Position numbers and translations under genes: made by a program
Source of the DNA: Sedimentisphaerales bacterium
Lineage (GTDB): Bacteria > Planctomycetota > Phycisphaerae > Sedimentisphaerales > SM23-30
Direction of reading: 5' to 3'
Assembly: GCA_963663965.2 (NCBI GenBank)
Contig: CAXXFK010000020.1
Location: forward strand, 96,001-160,000
DNA length: 64,000 nucleotides
Part shown: piece after piece, positions 28,323 through 37,020 of the stretch
Layout: each line of letters opens with the position of its first letter
How positions within the stretch are numbered: position 1 is the stretch's first letter
Notes under the pieces: generated by a model
The model's input: the letters and a program-made list of their open reading frames with translations, nothing else
The model's database searches: none
Told to the model about the DNA's origin: nothing

Positions 28323-31300
28323 ATGAACATGACGATGAAACTGTGGATATGGATCGGGTGTATTTCAGTAGTGGGAATTTTGGGTGGCTGGTCCGGGGCA
28401 CACGTGGGCGGTCTGGATGCGTTGCAATCGGATTTTCAGCAGCCGCCGGCGGATACGCGACCGGGCTGTTACTGGTACTGGATCAATGACAATATCAGTA
28501 AAGCGGGGATCAGTAAAGATTTAGAGGCGATGGCACGGGTGGGGATTGGCCGGGCTTATATCGGCCATATTTTTAACTACGGTGGGCCCAATGATACCCC
28601 GGTTGGGGATGTTCAGTTTATGACCGAGGCATGGTGGGAGGCGGTACAATGGGCGGTCAAGGAAGGTGACCGGTGCGGGGTCGAAATTGGATTTTTTAAT
28701 TCGCCGGGCTGGTCGCAATCGGGCGGACCGTGGGTTGGGACGGATCAATCGATGCGGTTTCTGGCCTACAGCGAAACGGTTGTTCAGGGAGGAAAGCGGG
28801 TTGATCAGGTTATTCCGGCGCCGGAGATTACCACTTATCCGAACGCCGGCGGTTCCAGGGCGGAGGCCACTGCGGGCCGTTTTACGGAAAAGGAGTTTCA
28901 GGATGTGCGCCTGATCGCATTCCGGCGGCCGGAAACGGAAACCAACGATATTAACATGAAACAGGTGAAAGTGACCTGCCAGGATATTGCCGACATTCAG
29001 AATCTGCTGGATGGCTCGGCAGAAACCGCTATCACATTGCCGGGCAATAAAGATTGTGTCATCAACCTGGTACTACCGGATAGCGCGTTAACCAGATCGG
29101 GTATACAGCATATTGGTATCAAACCGCTGGACTGGGGTTATCATTTGCGTTGCCGGGTGGAAAGCTCCGAGGATGGCCAAACCTGGCGGCAGGTGGGTGA
29201 CTATACTGAAGAGCGGGGCCATCAGGGAGCGAAAAATCGCGATCTGCTGGTGGCGCCGGTCAGCGCGACCAAGGCGAAGTATTTACGGTTAACGTTATGG
29301 GCGAATAAGGCAATCCGGCTGGCCGAATTAACGGTGAGCCGGGGCGCGGCGCTGGGCGGGTATGTCCGAAAACAACTGGGTGAAACCAGTCCATCTACCC
29401 GGCCGGCCTGGAATGCTTATCTCTGGGAAGCACAGGCAGAACCGATCCAGGATTCTGTCGTTGTTTCAGATGATGCCATTGATCTGACGGATAAGATGGA
29501 CAAGACCGGGCGGCTGGTCTGGAACGCGCCCCCGGGACAATGGGTGGTGTTGCGGATGGGTATGGCGCCTACGGGAACGATGTGCGCGCCGGCCAGTCCG
29601 GAAAGCCGCGGGCTGGAAGTGGATAAGATGAACAAAGCCCATGTGCGCAGTCTGTTCGATGGGATGGTGGGCGAATTTCTGCGCCGAACACCACCGGCGG
29701 AGCGCAAGGCATTAAAATATGTGATCGCGGACAGCTATGAAACCGGTCCGCAGAACTGGACGGATGATTTTATCAGTAAGTTTCAAAAGCGATACGGATA
29801 TTCCCCGGAACGTTATCTGCCCGTATTGACCGGGCGGGTAGTCGACAGCGCGGAAATTTCGAACCGGTTTCTGTGGGATATGCGCCGGTTGATCGTGGAA
29901 TCCATCGCTTATGACTATGTTGGCGGTTTGCGGGAGGTGGCGAATGAAAACGACCTGACCGTCTGGCTGGAAAACTATGGGCACTGGGGTTTTCCATCGG
30001 AATTTCTGCTTTACGGGTCGCAGACCAATCAGGTGGGTGCGGAATTCTGGGCCACCAACAATCCGCTGGGCAATGTGGAATGCCGCGCGGCGGCCAGTTG
30101 CGCCCATACGTATGGCAAAGACAGTGTGTATGCCGAGGCGTTTACCTCGGGAGTTAACTTCAAGCACAGTCTGGCCTCGCTCAAAAACTGGTGCGACTGG
30201 GTTTATGGCGCGGGTGTCAATCACCTGATACTGCATGTTTATATCCATCAGCCGGATGAACGAAAGCCGGGCATTATCCAGTGGTTTGGCACGGCGTTCA
30301 ATCGACACAATACCTGGTTTGAGCAGTCCGGGCCGTTTATCGATTACACACGCCGCTGCTCGGTGATGCTGAAAGCCGGCCTGCCGGTGATCGATGTGGC
30401 ATATTATATCGGGGAGGATGCCCCCATGATGCAGGGGCCGCGCGATCCGGGTTTGCCGGATGGTTATGATTTCGATTATATCAATTCTGACGCTCTGATT
30501 AAGCGGGCAACGGTGAAAGCCGGCCGGATTGTCATGCCGGATGGTCCCTCTTACGCGGTCCTGGTCTTGCCCCGGTTAACAACGATGCGACCGGAAGTGG
30601 CGCGGGCGATCATGAAACTGGTGCAGGCGGGCGCGACGATCATCGGCCCGCGACCGCAGGTCAGTCCTTCCTTACAGAATTATCCACAGTGTGACCTGCA
30701 AATCGCCCAGATCGCCCGGGATGTCTGGGGTTCTATTGACGGCAAGGCCATTATCTCGCGGCAATTTGGCCAGGGAAGGGTCTATGATGGCGTCGAGCTG
30801 GATACTGTGCTGAGGATGTTGGGTATTGCTGCGGATGTCAGCGTGGTCGAGAACGAGAAGTTATTATGTTCGGCCGCGGGCGCCGGCAAGATCGGGATCG
30901 GGGGTCAGGGTGGACTGGTTTATAAACACCGTAAAGTGGGAGAGGCTGACATTTATTTTCTGGCGAATACTTCCGGCGCTGCGGTCGATTTTGTGGCGTC
31001 ATTGCGTCAATCGGGATTACGGCCCTGGCTGTGGGATGCCATAACCGGGACAATGCAGCCGGCGGCGGCTTTCAGTCAGCGGGAAGGCCGTACGCTGGTT
31101 CCGCTGCATCTGGAGCCTTCGGAAAGTGTGTTTGTCGTACTGGATGGTAAGATTGGCGGGAATATCAAAGGTCCTGGCGATACCAATGAGCCGGCCTATC
31201 AAACGGTTGCGGCCCTGGATGGTGAATGGATGGTTCATTTCAACGGGCAAGGCGCTCCGGAGACTATGGTGTTCGACAGTCTGACCGACTGGTCTAAAAA

Positions 31301-31682
31301 CGAGAATTTGGCCATCCGGCATTACGCCGGGACTGCCGTTTATCAGAAAACATTCAATCTGGATCAGGCGGTGGTCGACAAACCGCTGATGCTGGAACTG
31401 GGTGAAGCGGGTGTGATCGCGACGGTCTATGTCAATGGCCAGCGGGCCGGTACGGCCTGGACCACACCCTGGAGCGTTGAGATATCCGGCCTGGTTAAGA
31501 GCGGAGAGAATGAGCTCGAAATCCGGGTAGCCAACACCTGGAATAACCGGCTGGTGGGCGACGCCGCCCTGCCGCAGGAGCAACGGCAGAGTTATGTGTC
31601 GCAGCCTTACCGGTTTGACAAAAACGCGCCCCTGGTCAAGAGCGGATTGATGGGCCCGGTGGTGGTGAAATGCCAGCAATAA
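28323..31682 (+). CDS. GH106 alpha-L-rhamnosidase-like glycoside hydrolase with inserted discoidin-like domain
   Basis: FQQPPADTRPGCYWYW, NSPGWSQSGGPWV, GLEVDKM, ADSYETG, AEAFT, GYDFDYIN, SGLMGPV. Confidence 0.88.
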   Translation: MNMTMKLWIWIGCISVVGILGGWSGAHVGGLDALQSDFQQPPADTRPGCYWYWINDNISKAGISKDLEAMARVGIGRAYIGHIFNYGGPNDTPVGDVQFMTEAWWEAVQWAVKEGDRCGVEIGFFNSPGWSQSGGPWVGTDQSMRFLAYSETVVQGGKRVDQVIPAPEITTYPNAGGSRAEATAGRFTEKEFQDVRLIAFRRPETETNDINMKQVKVTCQDIADIQNLLDGSAETAITLPGNKDCVINLVLPDSALTRSGIQHIGIKPLDWGYHLRCRVESSEDGQTWRQVGDYTEERGHQGAKNRDLLVAPVSATKAKYLRLTLWANKAIRLAELTVSRGAALGGYVRKQLGETSPSTRPAWNAYLWEAQAEPIQDSVVVSDDAIDLTDKMDKTGRLVWNAPPGQWVVLRMGMAPTGTMCAPASPESRGLEVDKMNKAHVRSLFDGMVGEFLRRTPPAERKALKYVIADSYETGPQNWTDDFISKFQKRYGYSPERYLPVLTGRVVDSAEISNRFLWDMRRLIVESIAYDYVGGLREVANENDLTVWLENYGHWGFPSEFLLYGSQTNQVGAEFWATNNPLGNVECRAAASCAHTYGKDSVYAEAFTSGVNFKHSLASLKNWCDWVYGAGVNHLILHVYIHQPDERKPGIIQWFGTAFNRHNTWFEQSGPFIDYTRRCSVMLKAGLPVIDVAYYIGEDAPMMQGPRDPGLPDGYDFDYINSDALIKRATVKAGRIVMPDGPSYAVLVLPRLTTMRPEVARAIMKLVQAGATIIGPRPQVSPSLQNYPQCDLQIAQIARDVWGSIDGKAIISRQFGQGRVYDGVELDTVLRMLGIAADVSVVENEKLLCSAAGAGKIGIGGQGGLVYKHRKVGEADIYFLANTSGAAVDFVASLRQSGLRPWLWDAITGTMQPAAAFSQREGRTLVPLHLEPSESVFVVLDGKIGGNIKGPGDTNEPAYQTVAALDGEWMVHFNGQGAPETMVFDSLTDWSKNENLAIRHYAGTAVYQKTFNLDQAVVDKPLMLELGEAGVIATVYVNGQRAGTAWTTPWSVEISGLVKSGENELEIRVANTWNNRLVGDAALPQEQRQSYVSQPYRFDKNAPLVKSGLMGPVVVKCQQ

Positions 31683-31709
31683 CCGGTTAAAAATTTTTGC
31701 AGATCGATG

Positions 31710-31751
31710 ACAGGCGTCCCGAATGTTATTTTCGGGACGCCTGTTTCTTTT
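31710..31751 (+). terminator. Rho-independent terminator between convergent genes
   Basis: ACAGGCGTCCCGAA...TTCGGGACGCCTGT 14-bp stem followed by TTCTTTT. Confidence 0.85.
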
Positions 31752-31754
31752 CAC

Positions 31755-33836
31755 TTAACGGGCTTGACAGGACTCAAGCGGGCTTGATTCGATCTGTTCA
31801 TTCAATCGGTCCAGATGTTCAAAAAGTGAGTCAGTCAGGATCTGGAACTGGTGGTATTCTTCATAGGCTTGATTGATATTTTTGTTTTCGATCAACTGAG
31901 CGATCTGGCGGGCCTTATCGTGAATCTGGCAATGAACGCTGCCCAATTGCCGGAATACCTCCAGCGGGCCGAATTGTGCGGTTCCTTCGTTATCGTACCA
32001 ATGCCCAAATGCACATTGGTGATGATCAGCAATCTCAGAGGATTTGAGTTCTGATTTCCCATGCAACATATCAGCCAGCCGTTTTTTCCACATACTATGC
32101 CCGGCCTTGATTCCGAGTATATCAATCCCGGACCGCTGGATAGTGAATTGATCGACCTGGCGCAAGAGGCCCTGGACGGTTGTCACCAGTTGATCACCGG
32201 AATTGAAGATATCGTGCGCCCCTTTGCTGGTTTCGCGATTGGCCTGTTCGAGCCGGGCCATATTTTTTGAGATTTCATCGGCGGCAATGGCGATCTGATC
32301 GATCTGAGAATTAAAGTTCTGGGTCGCATCCGTAGTATGGGTTACCCGCTGAGCCATTTCATTGGTCATTTGACCCTGGTCTTCAATCGCCCGGGATATT
32401 TCGCTATAGGACTGGCCGGTTTGTTGAATGGACTGGCTGGCCTGATGAATGGAATCGATCGAGCGTGCCGTCATGTTCTGGACCGCTTGAATCTGTTTCT
32501 GGATTTCCTGGGTGGCATCGGCGCTCTGGCGCGCCAGTTCCTTTACTTCATTGGCGACAATGGCGAAACCTTTACCGGCTTCTCCGGCGCGCGCCGCTTC
32601 GATAGTCGCGTTTAATGCCAGCAGATTGGTTTTATCCGCGATATCCTGAATCATATCCACCACGTTCCCGATCGTCTGCGCGGCGTCATCGAGCTGCTTG
32701 ATGTCCTGGCTGCCGCTTTGGGATAGTTCAACGGCCTGATGAACCAATTTGCCCACATGCTGTGTGTTACTCGCTGCCGATTGACTGCCCAGCATAATCG
32801 CCTCAATGGCCTGCGACATGTTTCGCATATTTTCAACCACCTCCCTGGCAATGGTGGTCATATTGGCCATGCTGACGGACAGTTCTTCGGTTGCCGCAGC
32901 GGTACTGGTCAGGCGGTCGGTATTTTTTTCGGTATCGTAAATGATACAAGTGGACGATGAAGCCTGTTCGGTGGCAACCAGGGTTAAGCGGGCGCAATCA
33001 TTGGCAATACTTGATATAATCTGATGAACCTGTTCGATGAACTGATTGAAATAACCGGCGATCTCACTTAATTCATTTTTGCCGGTAATGGCCACACGCC
33101 GGGTTAAATCGCACTGACCGGAGGCGAAGGCTTGTAAGCGGTGGGACAGTGCGCCAATGGCCCGCATCTGCCAGACAAAAAATATTATAAAGGCGGTCAG
33201 GAACAGTCCTAAACCCGTTAATCCTATGGCCCACTGTCTGGAAGCCCAGGAAGCGTTTTCCCGACACCCGGTTTCCATTACAGAGGTCAACCGAGAACGG
33301 CTGGTGTGATATAAGGCCTCGATATCGGTTTCCAGAGCGTGGATACTGTCTTTAATCGGTGTCATCATTTTATTGGCCTGCTGTGGATTAATATTCGGAT
33401 CCTGAGAGAGCGTTTGAGCCAACTGGACAAATCCTTTGGAATAGTTTTGGAACTCCGTTTTCAGACCCTGGATTTTTGCCAGAGACTCTGAATCGATATG
33501 GGTATTCTGACTCGTCAGATGATTCAATTCATCCAGACGGGCAAGCATTGATCCCGACTGATCGGTGAACTGGTCCAGGTAATTTTTTTGTTTATCCGGG
33601 TTTCCAATATTCAGGAAATAGTCCTTTTCGTATCGGCGGTGCTGCAACATCAATCGATTGACTTCGGATATCGAGCAGCTCAAATCGATGGCCTGATCAA
33701 TTTGAGTTCCTATCGTATCGCGCGAATGTATCAGACCCAGATTGCCCACCAGACAGGTAAGGATCAGAATCGTCACTGAGAAAAACAACAAATAAGTCAA
33801 ACGAGCTTTGATGCTGCCTAATTGAAATTTGAACAT
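31755..33836 (-). CDS. Methyl-accepting chemotaxis protein with HAMP and C-terminal CZB zinc-binding domain
   Basis: Two TM segments; [40 protein letters not shown] motif HSMWK...[11 protein letters not shown]...HCQIH. Confidence 0.95.
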   Translation of the reverse strand: MFKFQLGSIKARLTYLLFFSVTILILTCLVGNLGLIHSRDTIGTQIDQAIDLSCSISEVNRLMLQHRRYEKDYFLNIGNPDKQKNYLDQFTDQSGSMLARLDELNHLTSQNTHIDSESLAKIQGLKTEFQNYSKGFVQLAQTLSQDPNINPQQANKMMTPIKDSIHALETDIEALYHTSRSRLTSVMETGCRENASWASRQWAIGLTGLGLFLTAFIIFFVWQMRAIGALSHRLQAFASGQCDLTRRVAITGKNELSEIAGYFNQFIEQVHQIISSIANDCARLTLVATEQASSSTCIIYDTEKNTDRLTSTAAATEELSVSMANMTTIAREVVENMRNMSQAIEAIMLGSQSAASNTQHVGKLVHQAVELSQSGSQDIKQLDDAAQTIGNVVDMIQDIADKTNLLALNATIEAARAGEAGKGFAIVANEVKELARQSADATQEIQKQIQAVQNMTARSIDSIHQASQSIQQTGQSYSEISRAIEDQGQMTNEMAQRVTHTTDATQNFNSQIDQIAIAADEISKNMARLEQANRETSKGAHDIFNSGDQLVTTVQGLLRQVDQFTIQRSGIDILGIKAGHSMWKKRLADMLHGKSELKSSEIADHHQCAFGHWYDNEGTAQFGPLEVFRQLGSVHCQIHDKARQIAQLIENKNINQAYEEYHQFQILTDSLFEHLDRLNEQIESSPLESCQAR

Positions 33837-34300
33837 AAGAATCCCCTTAGATTTTTGTATTTCGGTACGGTCATCATGAGGCAATACGGCAAATCCAATA
33901 TTTGAACGGCTTTATACTGATTACAATTGAAAATGCCCGCCAAGCTGTGATATAAGTTCTTCATGAGTAAAGACTTATCTTGCGAGCAATCAGGAATTTT
34001 CATACCCATCGGGTATAAGTATCTTATTGATAATCAGATCGAATCATTACAACGATAACTTTACCTAATTGCCTGACTATGCACTTAACTTGATCGATTT
34101 CATTGAATGGGCACGATTATCGTCTGATAACCAGTATGATTCGCCCGTATTCATCCTTTCATGTTTGCCTGATACACTAAGGAATAAATGGGGTTTCATT
34201 GTATGGGTAATGGCGTTGATCAGGCGAACCGAATCTGCCAGATTGAGTTGTTCTGTCAATCCAATGGGTAAATAGTCAGTATTGAATCTTTGACGTTATT

Positions 34301-35140
34301 TTACTTTTTAATCTCCTGGATGGGGATATCGACCGGTGGTTTGGTGGGGATGCCGAGGGCGTGGAGGGCTTCTTCGCCGTTCTGCTGGGAGAACGTGTTG
34401 AGGGCTTCGTAGCGATTGCAGGCGTAACTAAAGACCTGGTCGTCAGTTACGCTGTGGTCTTTCATCAATTCGGGGAGTCGGTCTTTGATGTATTCGGGGG
34501 CCAGTTTGGCTTCGCTGGGGTGCGTGGGGATTCTGGGGGGGTCGGGGATGTGGACGCGGGGTAAATCGGGAAATGGGTACTCTGGGGGATATCCATTGGG
34601 TTCGTTTGGTTTTTGTTGTAATTGCAACTGTTGCAGGAGCTTAAGATTGGCCTGGAAGGTTCGGTTGAGGTGGGCTTCGTAGCGGGCCAGGCAGTTGAAG
34701 GCGGGGACTTCGAGGGTGAAAGCCGTGCCGACTTCGTTGTGGCGTGGAAGATAGATGCTGGAGTGGGCGAAGGGCTGGTCGATGACGGTGTCTTTGCGGA
34801 TTTCTTCGTTGGTGAGGCGGAGTTTATAGACGCGGGCGTCGATCATTTCGGCTTCGATGCGGCCGATCCGTTCGAGGCGCCAGGCGGCCGAGACGATCTG
34901 GTCGGCGATGTGGCGCTGGAGGTAGGTGGTGGGTTTGAGGTCTTGCAGCAGCGCGGCGCGGAACTCGAGGTAGGTGAGTTCGGATTCGCCGGGGACGATG
35001 AGATGGGCGGGGTCCTGGCCGCTGAGGCCGTGCTTGATGGCGTTTCTGGATGAGATGGCCTTACCTTCGGGGGTTTTGGGGCCGGTGGATTTCTGGGCGT
35101 TGCGACGGTTGGCTCTGAGTCTTCTTAGTGACGATGACAT
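34301..35140 (-). CDS. Conserved hypothetical protein (ANRRNAQKSTGPKTPEGK..NAIKHGL; HGGxSTG-like N-terminus)
   Basis: 279-aa ORF with AGGAGG RBS; basic N-terminal STGP motif, helical middle (IVSAAWRLERIGRIE; LARYEAHLNR), NEPN then Pro-rich tail. Confidence 0.8.
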   Translation of the reverse strand: MSSSLRRLRANRRNAQKSTGPKTPEGKAISSRNAIKHGLSGQDPAHLIVPGESELTYLEFRAALLQDLKPTTYLQRHIADQIVSAAWRLERIGRIEAEMIDARVYKLRLTNEEIRKDTVIDQPFAHSSIYLPRHNEVGTAFTLEVPAFNCLARYEAHLNRTFQANLKLLQQLQLQQKPNEPNGYPPEYPFPDLPRVHIPDPPRIPTHPSEAKLAPEYIKDRLPELMKDHSVTDDQVFSYACNRYEALNTFSQQNGEEALHALGIPTKPPVDIPIQEIKK

Positions 35141-35160
35141 GGTTGGTACCTCCTGTTTAG

Positions 35161-35195
35161 AAATTTAAAATTTAGAATTTAAAATGCAAAATTGT
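35161..35195. repeat. Degenerate heptamer tandem repeat (5 units)
   Basis: AAATTTA AAATTTA GAATTTA AAATGCA AAATTGT. Confidence 0.6.
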
Positions 35196-35687
35196 GGTAT
35201 CCGCCTTGGGGCGGATGAGTTTTTAATTTTTGTTAAGCTCATTTCGTTGCTGAGGTTATGGTGATATTTTTTGTCATTGGGTTCGTTTCGTTTTCTGTTG
35301 TTATTCGCTGCGCTCATGGTTTGTTTTATCTATCTCTTTTGCGAGATATCCTGTCGGTACGCCTCTGCGAGGCGTGGATTAAAAATTTCAATCTCATGAT
35401 CGTTACCCAGGGTGGCGCTCGTCCCGTTATACGGGATTCGCTCTACCCTGGGCTGTTTTATGCCGGCCCGTTGGGCCGCTTTGGGTATCCGCCTGCGGCG
35501 GATGTTCGTATAATTTTGGTTAAGTTTCGTTCGTTGTTCAGGTTAGAGTGATATTTTTTTATGTTGGCTTTGTTTCGTTTTGTGTTGGTATTCGCTGCTC
35601 TCATGTTAGTTTTATCTTTCGCCTCCGGTGCGGAATCCTGTCGGTACGCCTCTACGAGGCGTGGGTTTAAAATTAAATTTCAATCTC
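35196..35687. repeat. Diverged ~200-nt direct repeat (35196-35395 and 35484-35687) with conserved hairpins, separated by a REP-like palindrome
   Basis: Both copies start GGTATCCGCC..GGCGGATG, share GTGATATTTTTT and TATTCGCTGC, and end ATCCTGTCGGTACGCCTCTrCGAGGCGTGG..ATTTCAATCTC; spacer contains CCCAGGGT...ACCCTGGG. Confidence 0.88.
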
Positions 35688-35976
35688 TATCCGGGGCCTT
35701 ACGGACCCCGGCTAGTTACTTTCGGCTTTTCAAGCCTTTTATGGCTGGGTTGTCGGGTTGTGTCATATTTGTATATCCCATTTCATTCGTATTGTTAAAA
35801 CAGCCAAAATAAATTGGCTGGTTGGGCCTGGTTCGTACGCTATCGCACCAAGCCAAGAATGCACCCACAAGCTGCGCTTGAAGGCGCCACGGTTTATGCG
35901 CATAAAATCTCTGTAGGCGTGGCCGGTTGGGTGTGGGGCACACCGGGAGTTCGGGGGCTATTGGGGCGACTTTGGG

Positions 35977-36005
35977 ATTATAGACTGAGTTATTATATTG
36001 GTCAA
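35977..36005 (-). promoter_or_regulatory. Near-consensus sigma70 promoter facing the repeat region and the hypothetical gene
   Basis: Minus strand TTGACC (36005-36000), 17-nt spacer, TATAAT (35982-35977), AT-rich upstream. Confidence 0.7.
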
Positions 36006-36313
36006 ATTAAAAACAATATTATTATATTATATAACTAATAATTTGTGAACATGCGCATTTGTTTAAGATGGGAAATTCGGTTGACTTGATCTTAAGGGTT
36101 TGTTTTTAAAGATTTATGTTGATTTCAGGAGTTGTCAACAAAATAAAATACACTGTGTATAGTAGGAATCTGAATTATTCAGGTATTTGATTGAGGCCAG
36201 ATTATGAAGTATAATTAACCAGTGAAGGTTTTCAGTGTTCGGAGAGCATGAAACGTAAACAGGTAAGCAAGGTATTTCTGCCCAGAGGTTAAACAAAATT
36301 CAGGAGAAACCAT

Positions 36314-37006
36314 ATGAAATCGGGATATCTCTATTCGCGCATAGGTGTATTGGTAGCTTTGGCCGGTCTGATCGCCTTTTCATACTTTGCCCTGGCCGGG
36401 AATCTTGAGCCTACGGCGGCGCCCGGGCCTACCATGAAAACGCTGGATGAGATCTATGATAAGATGGATAACATTATCCCGGATAATGGCTGCTGTGAGG
36501 ATGATCCAACGATCTTGCCGAAATACGAGCAAATTGCCGGCAAGGCAAGAACGCATATGTGGGTGGATGGCATACCCGGCAGTTGTACGGAACAGGAATA
36601 TGAAGACTCCATTGTCGTAGTGGGCCATTGTTATGAAGGCTCTATCACGGTTGATCCGATTTCCGGCACTATTACCGGGCGGCCTTATTCGGGAGTTTTC
36701 ACGGTGAAAAAGTATATTGATCAATCCTCTCCCAGGCTGTTACAGAGTATGTTTACCGGCCAGGATATCAGCAATATTCATATTCGATTTTATATGGAGA
36801 TGCCCGCGGGAACCCGGGCTGAACCTGGTGACGAAAGCGCTGCGGTTAACTACTATACCATCGAGTTGCGTCACGCCAAAGTGGTGAGGCACCTGACCTA
36901 CGCGCCGAATTTTGAAGAAGTTTCCTTTGAGTATGAACGTATCCGCTGGATATGGGAAAACGGCGGGATCGAATATGAATACGATAAAAGAAATGTGGCC
37001 AGCTGA
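36314..37006 (+). CDS. Hcp1/TssD-like tube-domain protein with N-terminal signal peptide
   Basis: GIPGSCTEQEYEDSIVV, DPISGTITGRP, FTVKKYIDQSSPRLLQ, YYTIELRHAKV, EEVSFEYERIRWIW match the Hcp pattern; hydrophobic leader ending FALA; AGGAG RBS. Confidence 0.85.
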   Translation: MKSGYLYSRIGVLVALAGLIAFSYFALAGNLEPTAAPGPTMKTLDEIYDKMDNIIPDNGCCEDDPTILPKYEQIAGKARTHMWVDGIPGSCTEQEYEDSIVVVGHCYEGSITVDPISGTITGRPYSGVFTVKKYIDQSSPRLLQSMFTGQDISNIHIRFYMEMPAGTRAEPGDESAAVNYYTIELRHAKVVRHLTYAPNFEEVSFEYERIRWIWENGGIEYEYDKRNVAS

Positions 37007-37020
37007 GCAGGGAACTGGTG

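Noticed and set aside
34069..34275. Small ORFs between the MCP and the hypothetical gene
   Set aside because: Short, overlapping on both strands, with no RBS or recognisable motif.
35196..35687. CRISPR array
   Set aside because: Only two long, diverged units; no 25-45-nt identical repeats with spacers and no cas genes.
35258..36038. Short ORFs 35258-35551, 35561-35812, 35716-35943 and 35814-36038
   Set aside because: Low-complexity translations of T-rich repeat DNA, no clear RBS, and the frame is not preserved between repeat copies.
36314..37006. Complete type VI secretion locus or prophage tail
   Set aside because: No TssB/C, VgrG, baseplate or phage genes in the window.
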